A stretch of 64,000 nucleotides of DNA from Verrucomicrobiota bacterium (GCA_004321905.1 SCQF01000012.1:5411-69410), one strand, 5' to 3'. Numbered from the stretch's first letter, positions 47,430 through 58,148 are shown. A program made the numbers and translations. Notes: generated from the sequence alone by a model not told the origin.

Positions 47430-48302
47430 GTGAAAATCTCTGTTATAATACCTAGTTATAACCAAGGAAGATTCCTTGTGGATTGTGTAGAAAGTTTGGT
47501 TTCGCAGCAATTAAATTTAGGAACAACTGTTGAAATACTGATTTTTGACGGGGGGTCAAAAGATACAACACAAGAAACGATTAAACCTTACCTCGAGAAG
47601 TATTCTAATGTCTGTTTTTTTTCCGAACAAGACCGGGGACAATCAAACGCGATTAATAAAGGGTTTCGCAAGGCTACGGGCAATATTATTTGTTGGCTAA
47701 ACTGCGATGACTACTTTTTGCCGGGGGCCCTAGCCTGTGTAGCACGGCACTTCCACGCGTATCCCCATCTGCAATGGCTGTATGGTGATGGAGTTTTAGT
47801 TGCAGAAGACAAGAAAACATTAGGAGTGTTTCCGGCTTCAAGGGAATACGATCAATGGGTGCTGGTTTCTTTACTCGACTACATATTTCAACCCTCAACA
47901 TTTTGGCGTCGGACGATGATAGAAAAAGTGGGCGATCTTGATGAAACTCTAAACTGGGGGATGGATTGGGATTATTTTATTCGCCTCGGAAAGGTGTCTA
48001 CGCCGCACTATGTGCGTCAACAGCTTTCTGCTCAACGAATTTATGGAAGTACTAAAACCGCAACCGGTGGAACCAAACGGCTCAAAGAACTTTATCGTAT
48101 TATGAGACGCCACGGTGCACCTTTTTTCCCTCCGGGATTACTTCATTACAGCTACCTAGAATTCTGGCCGCTAGCCGAAAAAAATCTTTCACAGAAGACC
48201 TATGCACGCGTGATGCCTTGGTTGGACCGGATTTATAAGCGTATCCTGTTTCCGGCGCTCTTGCGTTGGACCCATCAAACTTGTCCATATAAAGGAGACT
48301 AG
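47430..48302 (+). CDS. Glycosyltransferase family 2
   Basis: SVIIPSYNQ, DGGSKD, WLNCDD, FQPSTFWRR. Confidence 0.92.
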   Translation: MKISVIIPSYNQGRFLVDCVESLVSQQLNLGTTVEILIFDGGSKDTTQETIKPYLEKYSNVCFFSEQDRGQSNAINKGFRKATGNIICWLNCDDYFLPGALACVARHFHAYPHLQWLYGDGVLVAEDKKTLGVFPASREYDQWVLVSLLDYIFQPSTFWRRTMIEKVGDLDETLNWGMDWDYFIRLGKVSTPHYVRQQLSAQRIYGSTKTATGGTKRLKELYRIMRRHGAPFFPPGLLHYSYLEFWPLAEKNLSQKTYARVMPWLDRIYKRILFPALLRWTHQTCPYKGD

Positions 48303-48680
48303 GGTTAAGAATTGCCCGCTTCTGTGAAATTCAAATCGCGTTTGGTTTTGGGATTGATTCGGTGTCGGCCTACTATGCTTATCGGATGGGATGAAGAGTG
48401 TTAGTGGACGGCAGGGTTATAATCTACCACCCCGCCGCAGTTACGCCCATTGATCTAGCTGTAGAAGATCAAGTAAAATGCCTTGGTCAAAAGGGGTAGT
48501 ATTACTAGGCGGCGGCTTCAACGGGAAGGGCGGTTGGACGAAAGCCTGCGACGATGGGGCCGAACTTGTTATCAGCCCTTCTTGCGGGCAGAAGGTTCGT
48601 GATTTCTTAACAGAAAAAATGCCGTTATGCCTGAAAAATAGGGGTGGCGCTCTGTGGTTGCGAAAAGTGAAAGATTGAGC

Positions 48681-49721
48681 ATGCCGCCGAAGGTCTCCAT
48701 CTGCTTGCCGGTACGGAACGCCGCGCCGTTTCTCGCGGAACGCATTGCATCCATCAAGGCACAGACCTTGACCGATTGGGAGGTGGTGGCACTAGATGGT
48801 TTTTCGGATGATGGATCATGGGAGCAAATTTTGGCGTGGGCTTCTTGCGACCCCCGCGTGCGCGCGCTCCAAGAACCGCCCGCGGGCATCTATCCGGCCT
48901 TCAATCGCTGCATCGAGATGGCGACCGGTCCGTTCATTTACATCGCCACCGCCGACGACACGATGGCACCAGACTGTTTGGATAAAATGGTCGCAGCCTT
49001 GGAAGCGCATCCTGACTGTGGCCTCTGTCAGTGCCGTCTGCAAATCATTGATGAGCAGAGCACCCCATATCCCGGTCAACACCAATGGAACCATTACACC
49101 TTGGGCATTTATGACCAAGCATTGGTGCAACGGCGCAACCTGCGCCGGGCACCCCACGATGGACTGCTCCACCCGGCTTTGTTCACGGTCTACACATCCG
49201 TCACGCAGTTGCTGATCAGACGCGCTGTGTTTACCCGGGTTGGACTGTTCGATGGACGATGGGGATCCATCAGCGATTTCGAGTGGGGGATGCGGACAGG
49301 GCTCATGGAGAATTGTATTTATATTCCCGATATGCTCGCCACGTGGAGACAGCATGGCCGCCAAGCGACGCAGGATGTGCATTCTCCCGCGGCAAGAGTG
49401 AAGATGATCGAAATGTCCCAAAATGCCTTTAACCGGACAAGAGACATCGGCCCTCCGCTGTTGGCGAAGATAGACGCGAAGGCCTTCACCGCCTTTCTGG
49501 AGAAGGATCTCTTAGAACTCACATGTCAAAGCGCCTCTAGTCAGCGTACATGTCTAGTATACTTGTTGGGCCAACTTCTTTTCCATCCGCGTTGGGTGAT
49601 TACCTGCGTCATCACCCGGTTAAGGCGTCACTCATGGGGGTACTGGGCCAACGAGATCCGCTATAAAGACCTTCGTCGGTTGCTCGTCAAAGTTCATGCG
49701 CCACAACCTGAGTTTCTATGA
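48681..49721 (+). CDS. Glycosyltransferase family 2
   Basis: VSICLPVRN, DGFSDDGS, IATADD. Confidence 0.9.
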   Translation: MPPKVSICLPVRNAAPFLAERIASIKAQTLTDWEVVALDGFSDDGSWEQILAWASCDPRVRALQEPPAGIYPAFNRCIEMATGPFIYIATADDTMAPDCLDKMVAALEAHPDCGLCQCRLQIIDEQSTPYPGQHQWNHYTLGIYDQALVQRRNLRRAPHDGLLHPALFTVYTSVTQLLIRRAVFTRVGLFDGRWGSISDFEWGMRTGLMENCIYIPDMLATWRQHGRQATQDVHSPAARVKMIEMSQNAFNRTRDIGPPLLAKIDAKAFTAFLEKDLLELTCQSASSQRTCLVYLLGQLLFHPRWVITCVITRLRRHSWGYWANEIRYKDLRRLLVKVHAPQPEFL

Positions 49722-49832
49722 AAAAATATTCCCATGGTGAGTTAATTTCGCAAGCTATGGCCCGCCGCTATCGCTGGTCGTCACCACTCATCTTGGGCAA
49801 AGATGACAATGCCCCGTGAACAGGAATCAACC

Positions 49833-51095
49833 ATGCGTATTTTAATTGCCTCACACTATCTGCCGTGGCCGCTTAACTCGGGCGGCAATGCGGCGCAGTT
49901 CTCCACATTAAAGTGCTTGGCGGAAGACCACCAGTTCACACTGGTTTGTCCGGTGTATACCGAGGCCGAATTCTTGCACGTGAATGAACTTCAACGCCAA
50001 CTTCCGCAAGTTTATATTCGTCCGGTATGTTATAATAAAGCAACACGAACGAGATTTTTAGCGCGCATCGTACGGTTTATACGGGGGGGGCGGCTTCTAG
50101 ACTTATCGGCCCACCAGCATCCGGAACCGCCAGGCATGGGCAGACCTTACTATCCGTTCTTGCCATTACCGGAGAACTTGATCCTTGTATTGCAGGAAGA
50201 ATTGTCGAAGGGTACGGATTTATTCCAAGCGGAATTTGTAGAGATGCTACCACTTGGTGCTTGGATCCCAGAAAATATACCAAAGTTATTCATTCATTAC
50301 CAAATTCACTTTGTTTATTCGGATAGATTTCTGACAACCCGTGGCAGGGATGGTTATTCTGATTACCTAAATGCCGCCATGCGTGTACAGGAGGTGGCTT
50401 ATCTTCAGAACTTTGAGGGTGTGATTACATTAAGCGAAGAGGATCGGCAATGCCTCGTGCCATATGTTGCACCAGAGAAACTGTTTGTTAGCCCCTTCCC
50501 TATACCGGCTGATATCGGCATTGCTACTGATCTTCCGCAACGGTTTGATGGTAGATTCCTATTAGTAGCGTCAGAAGGACATGCGCCCAACCGAGATGCT
50601 CTCGCGTGGTTACTCGCTGACGTTTGGCCGAAGATCAAGAGCAAGTTGCCATTGGCCCGGCTGCTTGTCGTCGGAGAATGGAGTGAATCGGCCAAGATTA
50701 GACACTCAACAGCTGGGTTAAGCTTCTTGGGTTTTATCCCCGAGCTTGCCACGACGTTACGAGGCGGCATTCTGCTGGTGCCATTGCGGATTGGTAGTGG
50801 TATTCGAGTCAAGATCATGGTCGCGTTGGCGCAGGGGGTGCCCGTTATCAGCACAACGGTAGGCTGCGAGGGGTTGCAGGTCAAGGATGGGCAGGAGATC
50901 TTGGTTCGGGATGATCCCCAGGAATTCAGCAAGGCCGCCATCCAACTGGCTCAAGACCCGGAGTTGTGGCGGCGCTTAGCTGTGAAGGGCCGGACTGCCG
51001 CTACCGATTACTATTCCCCCGAGGTCGTGCGCCGACGCCGAAATGAGATTTACGCCGAACTCGCAGAGAATCATCGGCGCGCCCGCGCGCCCTGA
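49833..51095 (+). CDS. Glycosyltransferase family 4
   Basis: PWPLNSGG, PN.DAL, VPLRIGSGIRVKI, GVPVISTTVGCEG. Confidence 0.9.
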   Translation: MRILIASHYLPWPLNSGGNAAQFSTLKCLAEDHQFTLVCPVYTEAEFLHVNELQRQLPQVYIRPVCYNKATRTRFLARIVRFIRGGRLLDLSAHQHPEPPGMGRPYYPFLPLPENLILVLQEELSKGTDLFQAEFVEMLPLGAWIPENIPKLFIHYQIHFVYSDRFLTTRGRDGYSDYLNAAMRVQEVAYLQNFEGVITLSEEDRQCLVPYVAPEKLFVSPFPIPADIGIATDLPQRFDGRFLLVASEGHAPNRDALAWLLADVWPKIKSKLPLARLLVVGEWSESAKIRHSTAGLSFLGFIPELATTLRGGILLVPLRIGSGIRVKIMVALAQGVPVISTTVGCEGLQVKDGQEILVRDDPQEFSKAAIQLAQDPELWRRLAVKGRTAATDYYSPEVVRRRRNEIYAELAENHRRARAP

Positions 51096-51250
51096 TAACA
51101 ACTTCAGCCCCTCCCCCTCCCAAGAGGCATGGCCCATATTCTCTCAATGAATCGGGGGGCGATAAAAGAACGCTTCTTTTCGCGAAGCCGAAACATTTTG
51201 TTTCGACATAAACTTTGTGAGCAGCCCGCCGAAACGGTAACCAATCTCAT

Positions 51251-52288
51251 ATGAAACAAGCGCCTTGCGTTAGCATTTGTATCCCCACCTACAACAGCAG
51301 GGACTATCTTGCTGAATGCATTGCCAGTATCCGCGCCCAGACCTTCACAGACTACGAGGTCGTAATTTGTGATGATGAGAGTTCGGATGGAACGCTCGAC
51401 TTGGCCCGACAACTGGCCAAGGGCGACACCCGCTTTCGTTTCATTTCAAATCCGTGTCGCTTGGGGCTTGTTCAGAACTGGAATAATTGCGTTAAGCAGG
51501 CGCGCGGAGAATGGATCAAGTTTGTATTTCAAGATGATGTTATCAAGTCGTCATGCCTTGAAAAGCTCCTCCTCGCGTGCGAGCGGGGGCACAAGTTGGT
51601 TGGATTTTGCGAGCGGGATTTTATCTATGAAGACAGGACACCCCCGGCACTACGGAGTTCGTTTGAACGCCATAAACAAAAGCTGCGTACAGACTACCAG
51701 GGCACATCGGTAATTGATGCAGCGCGCGCCGTGCAAATCGCAATTCAGCATCCATGGCACAATCTTGTCGGCGAACCCACGGTGACCCTGATTAACAAAT
51801 CTGTATTTCACGCGTGGGGGGAATTTGATCCGGCATTTGTTCAATTGTGCGATACAGAATTTTGGTGCCGCATAATGATTAACGAAGGGGCGGCATTTGT
51901 GCCGCAGAGCTTGGCCGCGTTTCGTGTTCATTCCAAAGCAACAACGGCACAAAACCTCGCCCAAAGGACGTTCCGCATGGATGTCTTGGACAAATTAACG
52001 TTGCGTTATCAGCAGGCCTTTGGTCGCCACTTCAAGCCCGTCCGAAATCCCCGCCTGACGGGAAAAACTACGTATGCGCTACGCAAGGACTGTGCCGTTA
52101 CGGCGGCCCAAGCTTGGCAACAGGCGAGAATGGTTTGCCGAGCCGGTGACGAGTCGTTTATCTCCGAGTGGCGGGAAGTCAGATCACATCATCCCGGGCT
52201 TCACGCCCTTGCCGGCCTGGGTTGTTGGTGGCTTTTCCTTAGCTGGATGAAGCGCATGATTGTTCACAGACTTGACTCGCAAGCCTAA
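51251..52288 (+). CDS. Glycosyltransferase family 2
   Basis: SICIPTYN, DDESSDGT, NWNNC, KFVFQDD, VGEPT. Confidence 0.92.
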   Translation: MKQAPCVSICIPTYNSRDYLAECIASIRAQTFTDYEVVICDDESSDGTLDLARQLAKGDTRFRFISNPCRLGLVQNWNNCVKQARGEWIKFVFQDDVIKSSCLEKLLLACERGHKLVGFCERDFIYEDRTPPALRSSFERHKQKLRTDYQGTSVIDAARAVQIAIQHPWHNLVGEPTVTLINKSVFHAWGEFDPAFVQLCDTEFWCRIMINEGAAFVPQSLAAFRVHSKATTAQNLAQRTFRMDVLDKLTLRYQQAFGRHFKPVRNPRLTGKTTYALRKDCAVTAAQAWQQARMVCRAGDESFISEWREVRSHHPGLHALAGLGCWWLFLSWMKRMIVHRLDSQA

Positions 52289-52315
52289 GTTTCGACCGAA
52301 ATACAACCGATAAAT

Positions 52316-53671
52316 ATGATGCCAAAAGTCAGTGTTGTGACGGTCAATTATAATGGGGAACGATTTCTCAAGGGACTCCTGGAGAGCATTGCTAAACAGA
52401 CCTACTCTGCTTTCGAAACGATTGTGGTCGATAATGCTTCGACCGACACTTCGGTTGTGGAACTTCAACGCCGTTTCCCCAGTGTACGTATCGTAACAAG
52501 CGGCACAAATCTTGGATTTGCCGGCGGGAATAATCTTGGCGCCCAACAGGCACGCGGCGACCTGATCGCCTTCATCAATAATGACGCGGTAGTTGACGAA
52601 TATTGGCTCGAAAGGCTTGTTAACAGATATGTCCGCTTAGAAACGCAGGATCACCGGGTTGGCGCAATCGCACCGAAGGTGCGGTTGTTTAGGCGTTTCG
52701 TTGAAATCACCGTTACTGTGCCCACGTCTTATTCTGCCGATCATGATAACCGAGCGCTTGGTATTGCCGTTGATATTCAAAATACCGGCATTATGGGCGC
52801 GGACTATGACAAGAAACTTTTCCGGGCTGGTTTTTACAAGGAGGAATGCGGGTTTGATGGGCGGATCGTGCGGTGGTCCAAGGGTAATTGCTCGTTCTCG
52901 CTGCCCATTCCAGACCCGCCCCCTGCAAATCCTGCTCAACCGGCTATGCTGCGCCTCACCGTTTCAGGTGGAAGCGCCACAGACAAACGCGTCGCAGAAA
53001 TCTATTGTGGGACCACCCGCCTTTCAACAATCGCGGTGAATAAATCCTTCACCACCCACGAGATTTCGCTCGCACCCGGCATGCTGAATCAAGCAACGTG
53101 GCTAATTAACAATGCCGGTACCCATCTCAATTTCCGGAATGGAGCAACCGCCGACCGCGGTATTTTTGAGCAAGATATGGGGCAGTATGATTTTTCAAGT
53201 CCGGTGGACGCCTTTTGCGGATGTTCATTTTTGATGAACCGGGCTTTGTTTCTTCGCTTCGGAGGATTTGACGAATCATTTTTCATGTACTTTGAGGACA
53301 CCGATCTATCTTGGCGACTAACCAAAGCCGGATATCGCATTTTTTTTGAACCGACCAGTGTTGTCCACCACATACACGCAGGCTCCAGCATCGAATGGTC
53401 GCCTTCGTTCCGATATCATGTGACGCGAAATCAACAGTTGATGAAAATAAAAAATATTCCCTCGCTCATCTTGCCTGCGACATTGCTTTTACTTGTTGTT
53501 AAATGGCTGTTTTATGGGGTGAGTCTTGTCCGTAGTGATGGGCTGCCGCGCGATCTTTCGTTGTCACAACTCACACCAGACCAGATAAGTTTCAAGGCGT
53601 TGGGGACTGCGCTGCGTATGGCATCAGCCATGCTTGCCAAACGGGCCCACAATCCCCCCGTTAATGCATGA
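52316..53671 (+). CDS. Glycosyltransferase family 2 with inserted domain
   Basis: VVTVNYN, NLGFAGGNN, INNDA; about 140-aa insert; then GFDESFFMYFEDTDL. Confidence 0.88.
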   Translation: MMPKVSVVTVNYNGERFLKGLLESIAKQTYSAFETIVVDNASTDTSVVELQRRFPSVRIVTSGTNLGFAGGNNLGAQQARGDLIAFINNDAVVDEYWLERLVNRYVRLETQDHRVGAIAPKVRLFRRFVEITVTVPTSYSADHDNRALGIAVDIQNTGIMGADYDKKLFRAGFYKEECGFDGRIVRWSKGNCSFSLPIPDPPPANPAQPAMLRLTVSGGSATDKRVAEIYCGTTRLSTIAVNKSFTTHEISLAPGMLNQATWLINNAGTHLNFRNGATADRGIFEQDMGQYDFSSPVDAFCGCSFLMNRALFLRFGGFDESFFMYFEDTDLSWRLTKAGYRIFFEPTSVVHHIHAGSSIEWSPSFRYHVTRNQQLMKIKNIPSLILPATLLLLVVKWLFYGVSLVRSDGLPRDLSLSQLTPDQISFKALGTALRMASAMLAKRAHNPPVNA

Positions 53672-55263
53672 GAATAGGTATTTACAACCGCTATTGGAAC
53701 ACCCTAGGTGGTGGCGAAAAGTATGCCGGGACATTGGCCGAGACCTTTTCAGAAAAACATGATGTTGATTTGATCACCACGGCTCCCAACAATACGATTG
53801 AGGAACTTCAGCGTAGACTCCGCCTTGATTTGCATAGATGCCGTCCCGTGTGTTGGCCCAACAAGCCGTGTCGGGACCTGTACCCGCTTAGTTCGGCCTA
53901 CGATTTGTTCATCAATGCAACATACTGTTCATCCATGCCGTCTGCCGCACCGCTTTCGTTATATGTGTGTTTCTTTCCGCACCCTGTTGTTGGAGCAACC
54001 ACATGGCAGCAGCTCGCCACGCTCGCAGGGCAGCGTGTCCGCGCCATATCCGAGCAAGCCCGCGATCGCATGGAATCGTGCTGGTCTTTGTTGCGTCGCC
54101 CCCGGGCGATTCTTCTGGCGGGGTATCACGATCGCGGAGCGAGTGGACAGGGCTGTTTTGCCGGTCACGGGCTGATGGCCATTCATGCCAGTGCGCTAAG
54201 CGCGGGCCGGCTTCACATTCCCCTGCATGAGTCATCCACCAGCAACGTGCGGAGCGTGCGGGTTGATGGGGTTCCCGCCTCGTGGACAATACACGACCAC
54301 ACGCTCGTGGTTGAATGGCCAATCGCACCAATAAAGGACTGGATGGTTCTTGCATTTGAAACAGACACCTCCGATCAGCCGAAGAGCAAGCTTTCGTCGA
54401 AATATCGCGCCACAGGACTATGTATCAACACCACTACACTTGGTGCCGTCATAGACCGTGGCTTCAGAAACCGGCTCTTTCCACCCGCATCGGCATCCAT
54501 AGCGATTAATTCTTACACCCGCATTCTCGCCATATCGGAGTTTACTTCGCGCTGGGTACAGACCCGATGGAATCGGACTTCCGAACTTCTCCCCCCTTCT
54601 ATTGATACCGACATGTTCACCTTCGACCCCGCAGTTCCCCGGCAACCTGTGATTCTAAGTGTCGGGCGTTTTTTTCATGGCAGCCACAACAAGAAGCACC
54701 ACGAAATGGCCAGGGCTTTTATCCGCCTGCGTTCGGAAGGTGTAATCCCCGAAGGATGGCGACTCCGTTTCATTGGTTCCCGACATACTGACCGATGGCA
54801 ACATCGGCTTTTCTTCAAAAAATTGGAAAGAATATGCGCCGGGCATCCCATTGATATTTTGACCGACTTGCCCTTTCCTGCGCTTTTAAAAGAATATCAA
54901 CAGGCCCACGCCTACTGGCACGCGGCGGGCTGGGGTGAAAAAGAGGATAGCACCCCCGAACTGCACGAACACTTCGGTATTACGACTTGCGAGGCCATGG
55001 CTTGCGGATGCCTCCCCATTGTGATTGATAGCGCAGGCCAACGGGAAATTGTGCGAGGCGTTCAACAAGCAGGGTTTCTTTTTGAAGACTACGCATCATT
55101 GAAGAAGCAAATGACCGAGTGTGTATCTGTATTTGGCACAGAACGAGTGACAACCATGCGAGGGATTGCGCACGACTCAATCATGAAATACTCAAAGGCC
55201 TCGTTTGTGTCAAAAGCAGAAGCAATCCTGCGCGACCTTAAATATGATAGACTGCGGGACTAG
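53668..55263 (+). CDS. Glycosyltransferase family 4 with inserted segment
   Basis: LGGGEKY, SVGRFF, HNKKH, EHFGITTCEAMACG. Confidence 0.88.
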   Translation: MRIGIYNRYWNTLGGGEKYAGTLAETFSEKHDVDLITTAPNNTIEELQRRLRLDLHRCRPVCWPNKPCRDLYPLSSAYDLFINATYCSSMPSAAPLSLYVCFFPHPVVGATTWQQLATLAGQRVRAISEQARDRMESCWSLLRRPRAILLAGYHDRGASGQGCFAGHGLMAIHASALSAGRLHIPLHESSTSNVRSVRVDGVPASWTIHDHTLVVEWPIAPIKDWMVLAFETDTSDQPKSKLSSKYRATGLCINTTTLGAVIDRGFRNRLFPPASASIAINSYTRILAISEFTSRWVQTRWNRTSELLPPSIDTDMFTFDPAVPRQPVILSVGRFFHGSHNKKHHEMARAFIRLRSEGVIPEGWRLRFIGSRHTDRWQHRLFFKKLERICAGHPIDILTDLPFPALLKEYQQAHAYWHAAGWGEKEDSTPELHEHFGITTCEAMACGCLPIVIDSAGQREIVRGVQQAGFLFEDYASLKKQMTECVSVFGTERVTTMRGIAHDSIMKYSKASFVSKAEAILRDLKYDRLRD

Positions 55264-55269
55264 CATACG

Positions 55270-56991
55270 ATGCTGAAAATAGCCGAAGGGGCAAATTTCA
55301 TGACAGTCAACGTCAATAATAGGGCATGCAAGATAAGGCGCCGCACATTTGCATACGTATTTCTCACCATCGGCGTCTTGGCACTTCTAAAGCCCTTACT
55401 TGCGCATCCGGCTGGCGTCCTTTCAGCATCCCGGCCAGATGCCCCACTTTGTGTCTTCATTTTAGAACAGGTTTTTCAGAACATCGTACACGGAAGGGAC
55501 TGGTACTATACTCAAACGTTTTTTCCGTTTAACCAGGCCATCGCGCTCAGCAGCAATCTATTCCTTTACCAGGTGATATACACCCCGCTGCGTCTCTTGG
55601 GCTTCAATCCGCAAATTTCATTCAACATGCTCTATGGCTTCGCCTTCCTTCTACTGGGCATCATGGTGTTCGAATGGGCCTATCGGCAACTTCATCACAT
55701 GGTTCCGGCCACCTGTGTGGCTTTGCTGAGTATCTTGCTGTGTGTGCCGGTCTACTATATTATGGCCCATTTCCAATTGCTGTCCGCCTACTATTACCTT
55801 CTTCTCCTAATGATCTGTGACGATTATGCGCTACACCCCAAGGGCCGGCATATTCTCGCCGGGCTGGTCGTGGTATTGCTTATGTTTGCCTGTGAACCAA
55901 ACGTGGCGGTAACCGGCGTCTTTATCACTCTAATCTATGTGTTGATACGATCGCGAACCTTTCTGACCGCAACCGTGAACATCCGGTGGAGTCGGCGCAA
56001 GTTTTTTGCCGTCGGACTCGGCAGTATTGTTGTGATCACAGCACTAGCTTGGATCGCTATGCCTTATCTTCATGCGGTGAAAATAATGGGAAACCGGCCA
56101 TTACAAGAGGCGGCCGTGTATAGCAGTTGGGTTGGATCCATCTTGTCTCCTCCAGGTAACTCCGTATTCCTGAAACCGGACACTCTTCCATGGGGCCGTC
56201 ACGAAGCATTGCACCTCAGCGGCTTTCTATACTTAGGCTTGGGCCTTGCCGGATGCATCTACGCGGGGCAGCAGCGAGAAAAGCGTTTAATCCCGCTATT
56301 TATCCTGCTGGGTATCGTCTATTGCGCATCATTTGGGCCTGTTTTTATTCATGGATTCCCCACGAACCCGTTCTATTTAATTCCCTACACGATTATGCCG
56401 GGATTCGCTGCTAACCGGACACCCGGTCGCTTGGTCATGTGTGTGTTACCATTGATGAGTTTGTTTGCCGTGTATTTTGTCTTCGCCTTGGGTGCGAGGG
56501 TCTTTAATGGCCTCTGGCGAAAAGTTGTGCCTGTCGGACTTGTTGCCTTAATGATGCTGGAGGGTATGCCTTGGCTTCCTGTGGTCGCTTATAATTACGA
56601 AGCGGCAACGGCACATTACACCGAGTTAAACAAGGTCACCCAAGAGGGCGACAGCATAATTCGTCTGCCATACGAACCGTGGCCCTCATCACCCAGCGGA
56701 ATTACAGAGGAAATGCTTGGCATCCTGCGCACTCATTGTCGAACGGTCAACGGTTATAGTAGCTTTGACCCACCCCTGCGCAGCAAATACCAGAACTGCA
56801 ACATATGGAATCAGCTCTGCACTGAAACGGCCGCGCCACTAGCCTGTGCGCAACTCGCCAGCGATAGGATAGCATGGATCGTCATTGACAAGCAGAACAC
56901 CAGTGCGGCCGAACGTGAAGCGATCTTGCGCTGTAGGTCACCCCGGCAGATTACTTCTGAGACAGCCCATTTCCTGTTGATTCGGCCCTAA
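55270..56991 (+). CDS. Polytopic membrane protein, GT-C/YfhO-like putative glycosyltransferase
   Basis: Many TM helices, R.PGR motif, C-terminal VNGYS soluble domain. Confidence 0.65.
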   Translation: MLKIAEGANFMTVNVNNRACKIRRRTFAYVFLTIGVLALLKPLLAHPAGVLSASRPDAPLCVFILEQVFQNIVHGRDWYYTQTFFPFNQAIALSSNLFLYQVIYTPLRLLGFNPQISFNMLYGFAFLLLGIMVFEWAYRQLHHMVPATCVALLSILLCVPVYYIMAHFQLLSAYYYLLLLMICDDYALHPKGRHILAGLVVVLLMFACEPNVAVTGVFITLIYVLIRSRTFLTATVNIRWSRRKFFAVGLGSIVVITALAWIAMPYLHAVKIMGNRPLQEAAVYSSWVGSILSPPGNSVFLKPDTLPWGRHEALHLSGFLYLGLGLAGCIYAGQQREKRLIPLFILLGIVYCASFGPVFIHGFPTNPFYLIPYTIMPGFAANRTPGRLVMCVLPLMSLFAVYFVFALGARVFNGLWRKVVPVGLVALMMLEGMPWLPVVAYNYEAATAHYTELNKVTQEGDSIIRLPYEPWPSSPSGITEEMLGILRTHCRTVNGYSSFDPPLRSKYQNCNIWNQLCTETAAPLACAQLASDRIAWIVIDKQNTSAAEREAILRCRSPRQITSETAHFLLIRP

Positions 56992-57010
56992 TAATGACGA
57001 GGGGGACCCA

Positions 57011-57964
57011 ATAAAACCACTGCCCGTCACGGTCTGCATGGTAACGTATAATGCGGTAGCATTACTGCCTGATGTTCTGACCCGCCTCCTCGTTGTCACC
57101 AATTACCCTGCTGTGCGTTGGTTGGTGGTGGATAACGCCAGCACCGATGGCACGGCGGACATGGTCGCCCAACAGTTCCCGCAAATTCGCGTGGAACGCA
57201 TGGCTGCCAACCTCGGTTATCCCGCCGCCTTGAACCGCGCGATCGCGCTGGCGGAGACAGACTTGGTGGCGCAGGTCAATCCCGACGTGCTCGTGGAGTC
57301 TGATTGGTTGGCTCCGTTGGTAGAAGCGCTGTTGCGCGCGCCTAACATCGGCATGACTGGCGGACGCATTTTGAACTCCGACGGCACTACGCAATTCTGC
57401 GGCACGCGCTTGCATCCCTTATACGGCCTGCTTGGCAACCGCTTCCCGTTTGATCCCGGAAATCATGAGGCGGAGGTGGATTTCCATAGCCCACTTTTCC
57501 TGGTGCGGAAAACGGCGTGGCAGGTAGCCAACGGTATGAACGAGCTTTATTCGCCTGGTTATTATGAAGATGCCGAATTGGGCTGGAATCTTCGCCGAAC
57601 GGGCTGGCGAGTATTATTCGTGCCGGCCAGCCGGGCGGTGCACCTCGGTTCCGCCAGTTTTGGGCGCTTGGCGCGTCACGATTTTATGCGCATCTATGAA
57701 CGTAATCGCCTGCTTTTCGTTTTCCGCAATTTCCCGACAACCTGGCTGACACTACACGTGCTCCTGGAGGGTATAAAAGCTGTGGAATGTTTACTCCGTG
57801 GCTATTTCCGGGAATATCTTGCGGCATGGCGCGAAATATTTCACCGCCGTGCCGAAATCCGATTATTTCGCGCAACTTGGCAACACACCGATTCCATCCG
57901 CAACCGGCGTTGCCGCCAGAGCGCGGGCCAAGGTGAAAAAACACACGTGGCGCACAGGAACTGA
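57011..57964 (+). CDS. Glycosyltransferase family 2 (start ATA 57011 or ATG 57038)
   Basis: VTVCMVTYN, VDNASTDGT, NLGY, VNPD, YYEDAE. Confidence 0.88.
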   Translation: MKPLPVTVCMVTYNAVALLPDVLTRLLVVTNYPAVRWLVVDNASTDGTADMVAQQFPQIRVERMAANLGYPAALNRAIALAETDLVAQVNPDVLVESDWLAPLVEALLRAPNIGMTGGRILNSDGTTQFCGTRLHPLYGLLGNRFPFDPGNHEAEVDFHSPLFLVRKTAWQVANGMNELYSPGYYEDAELGWNLRRTGWRVLFVPASRAVHLGSASFGRLARHDFMRIYERNRLLFVFRNFPTTWLTLHVLLEGIKAVECLLRGYFREYLAAWREIFHRRAEIRLFRATWQHTDSIRNRRCRQSAGQGEKTHVAHRN

Positions 57965-57968
57965 CCGC

Positions 57969-58019
57969 TGTTCCAAAGCTTGGAAAAGCCCACGTGCGAG
58001 TTTTCCAAGCCTTGGAAAA
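57969..58019. repeat. Palindrome doublet (right flank of glycan island)
   Basis: TGTTCCAAAGCTTGGAAAA / 13 nt / TTTTCCAAGCCTTGGAAAA. Confidence 0.9.
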
Positions 58020-58148
58020 ACCCGCACGCACATCGCGATTTGCCTTGCTTTGCCGCACGCGCCTGAGCATGATGCGCGCCTTTCCGCCATCCGACCGACG
58101 CGCATGGGGCCCGTAGGCGATGGAGCGGATAGCCAGAAAGGACCATAC

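Noticed and set aside
48303..48680. Gene or ncRNA in the gap within the glycan cluster
   Set aside because: Only a short ORF (48478..48678) with no recognisable motif and no convincing structure.
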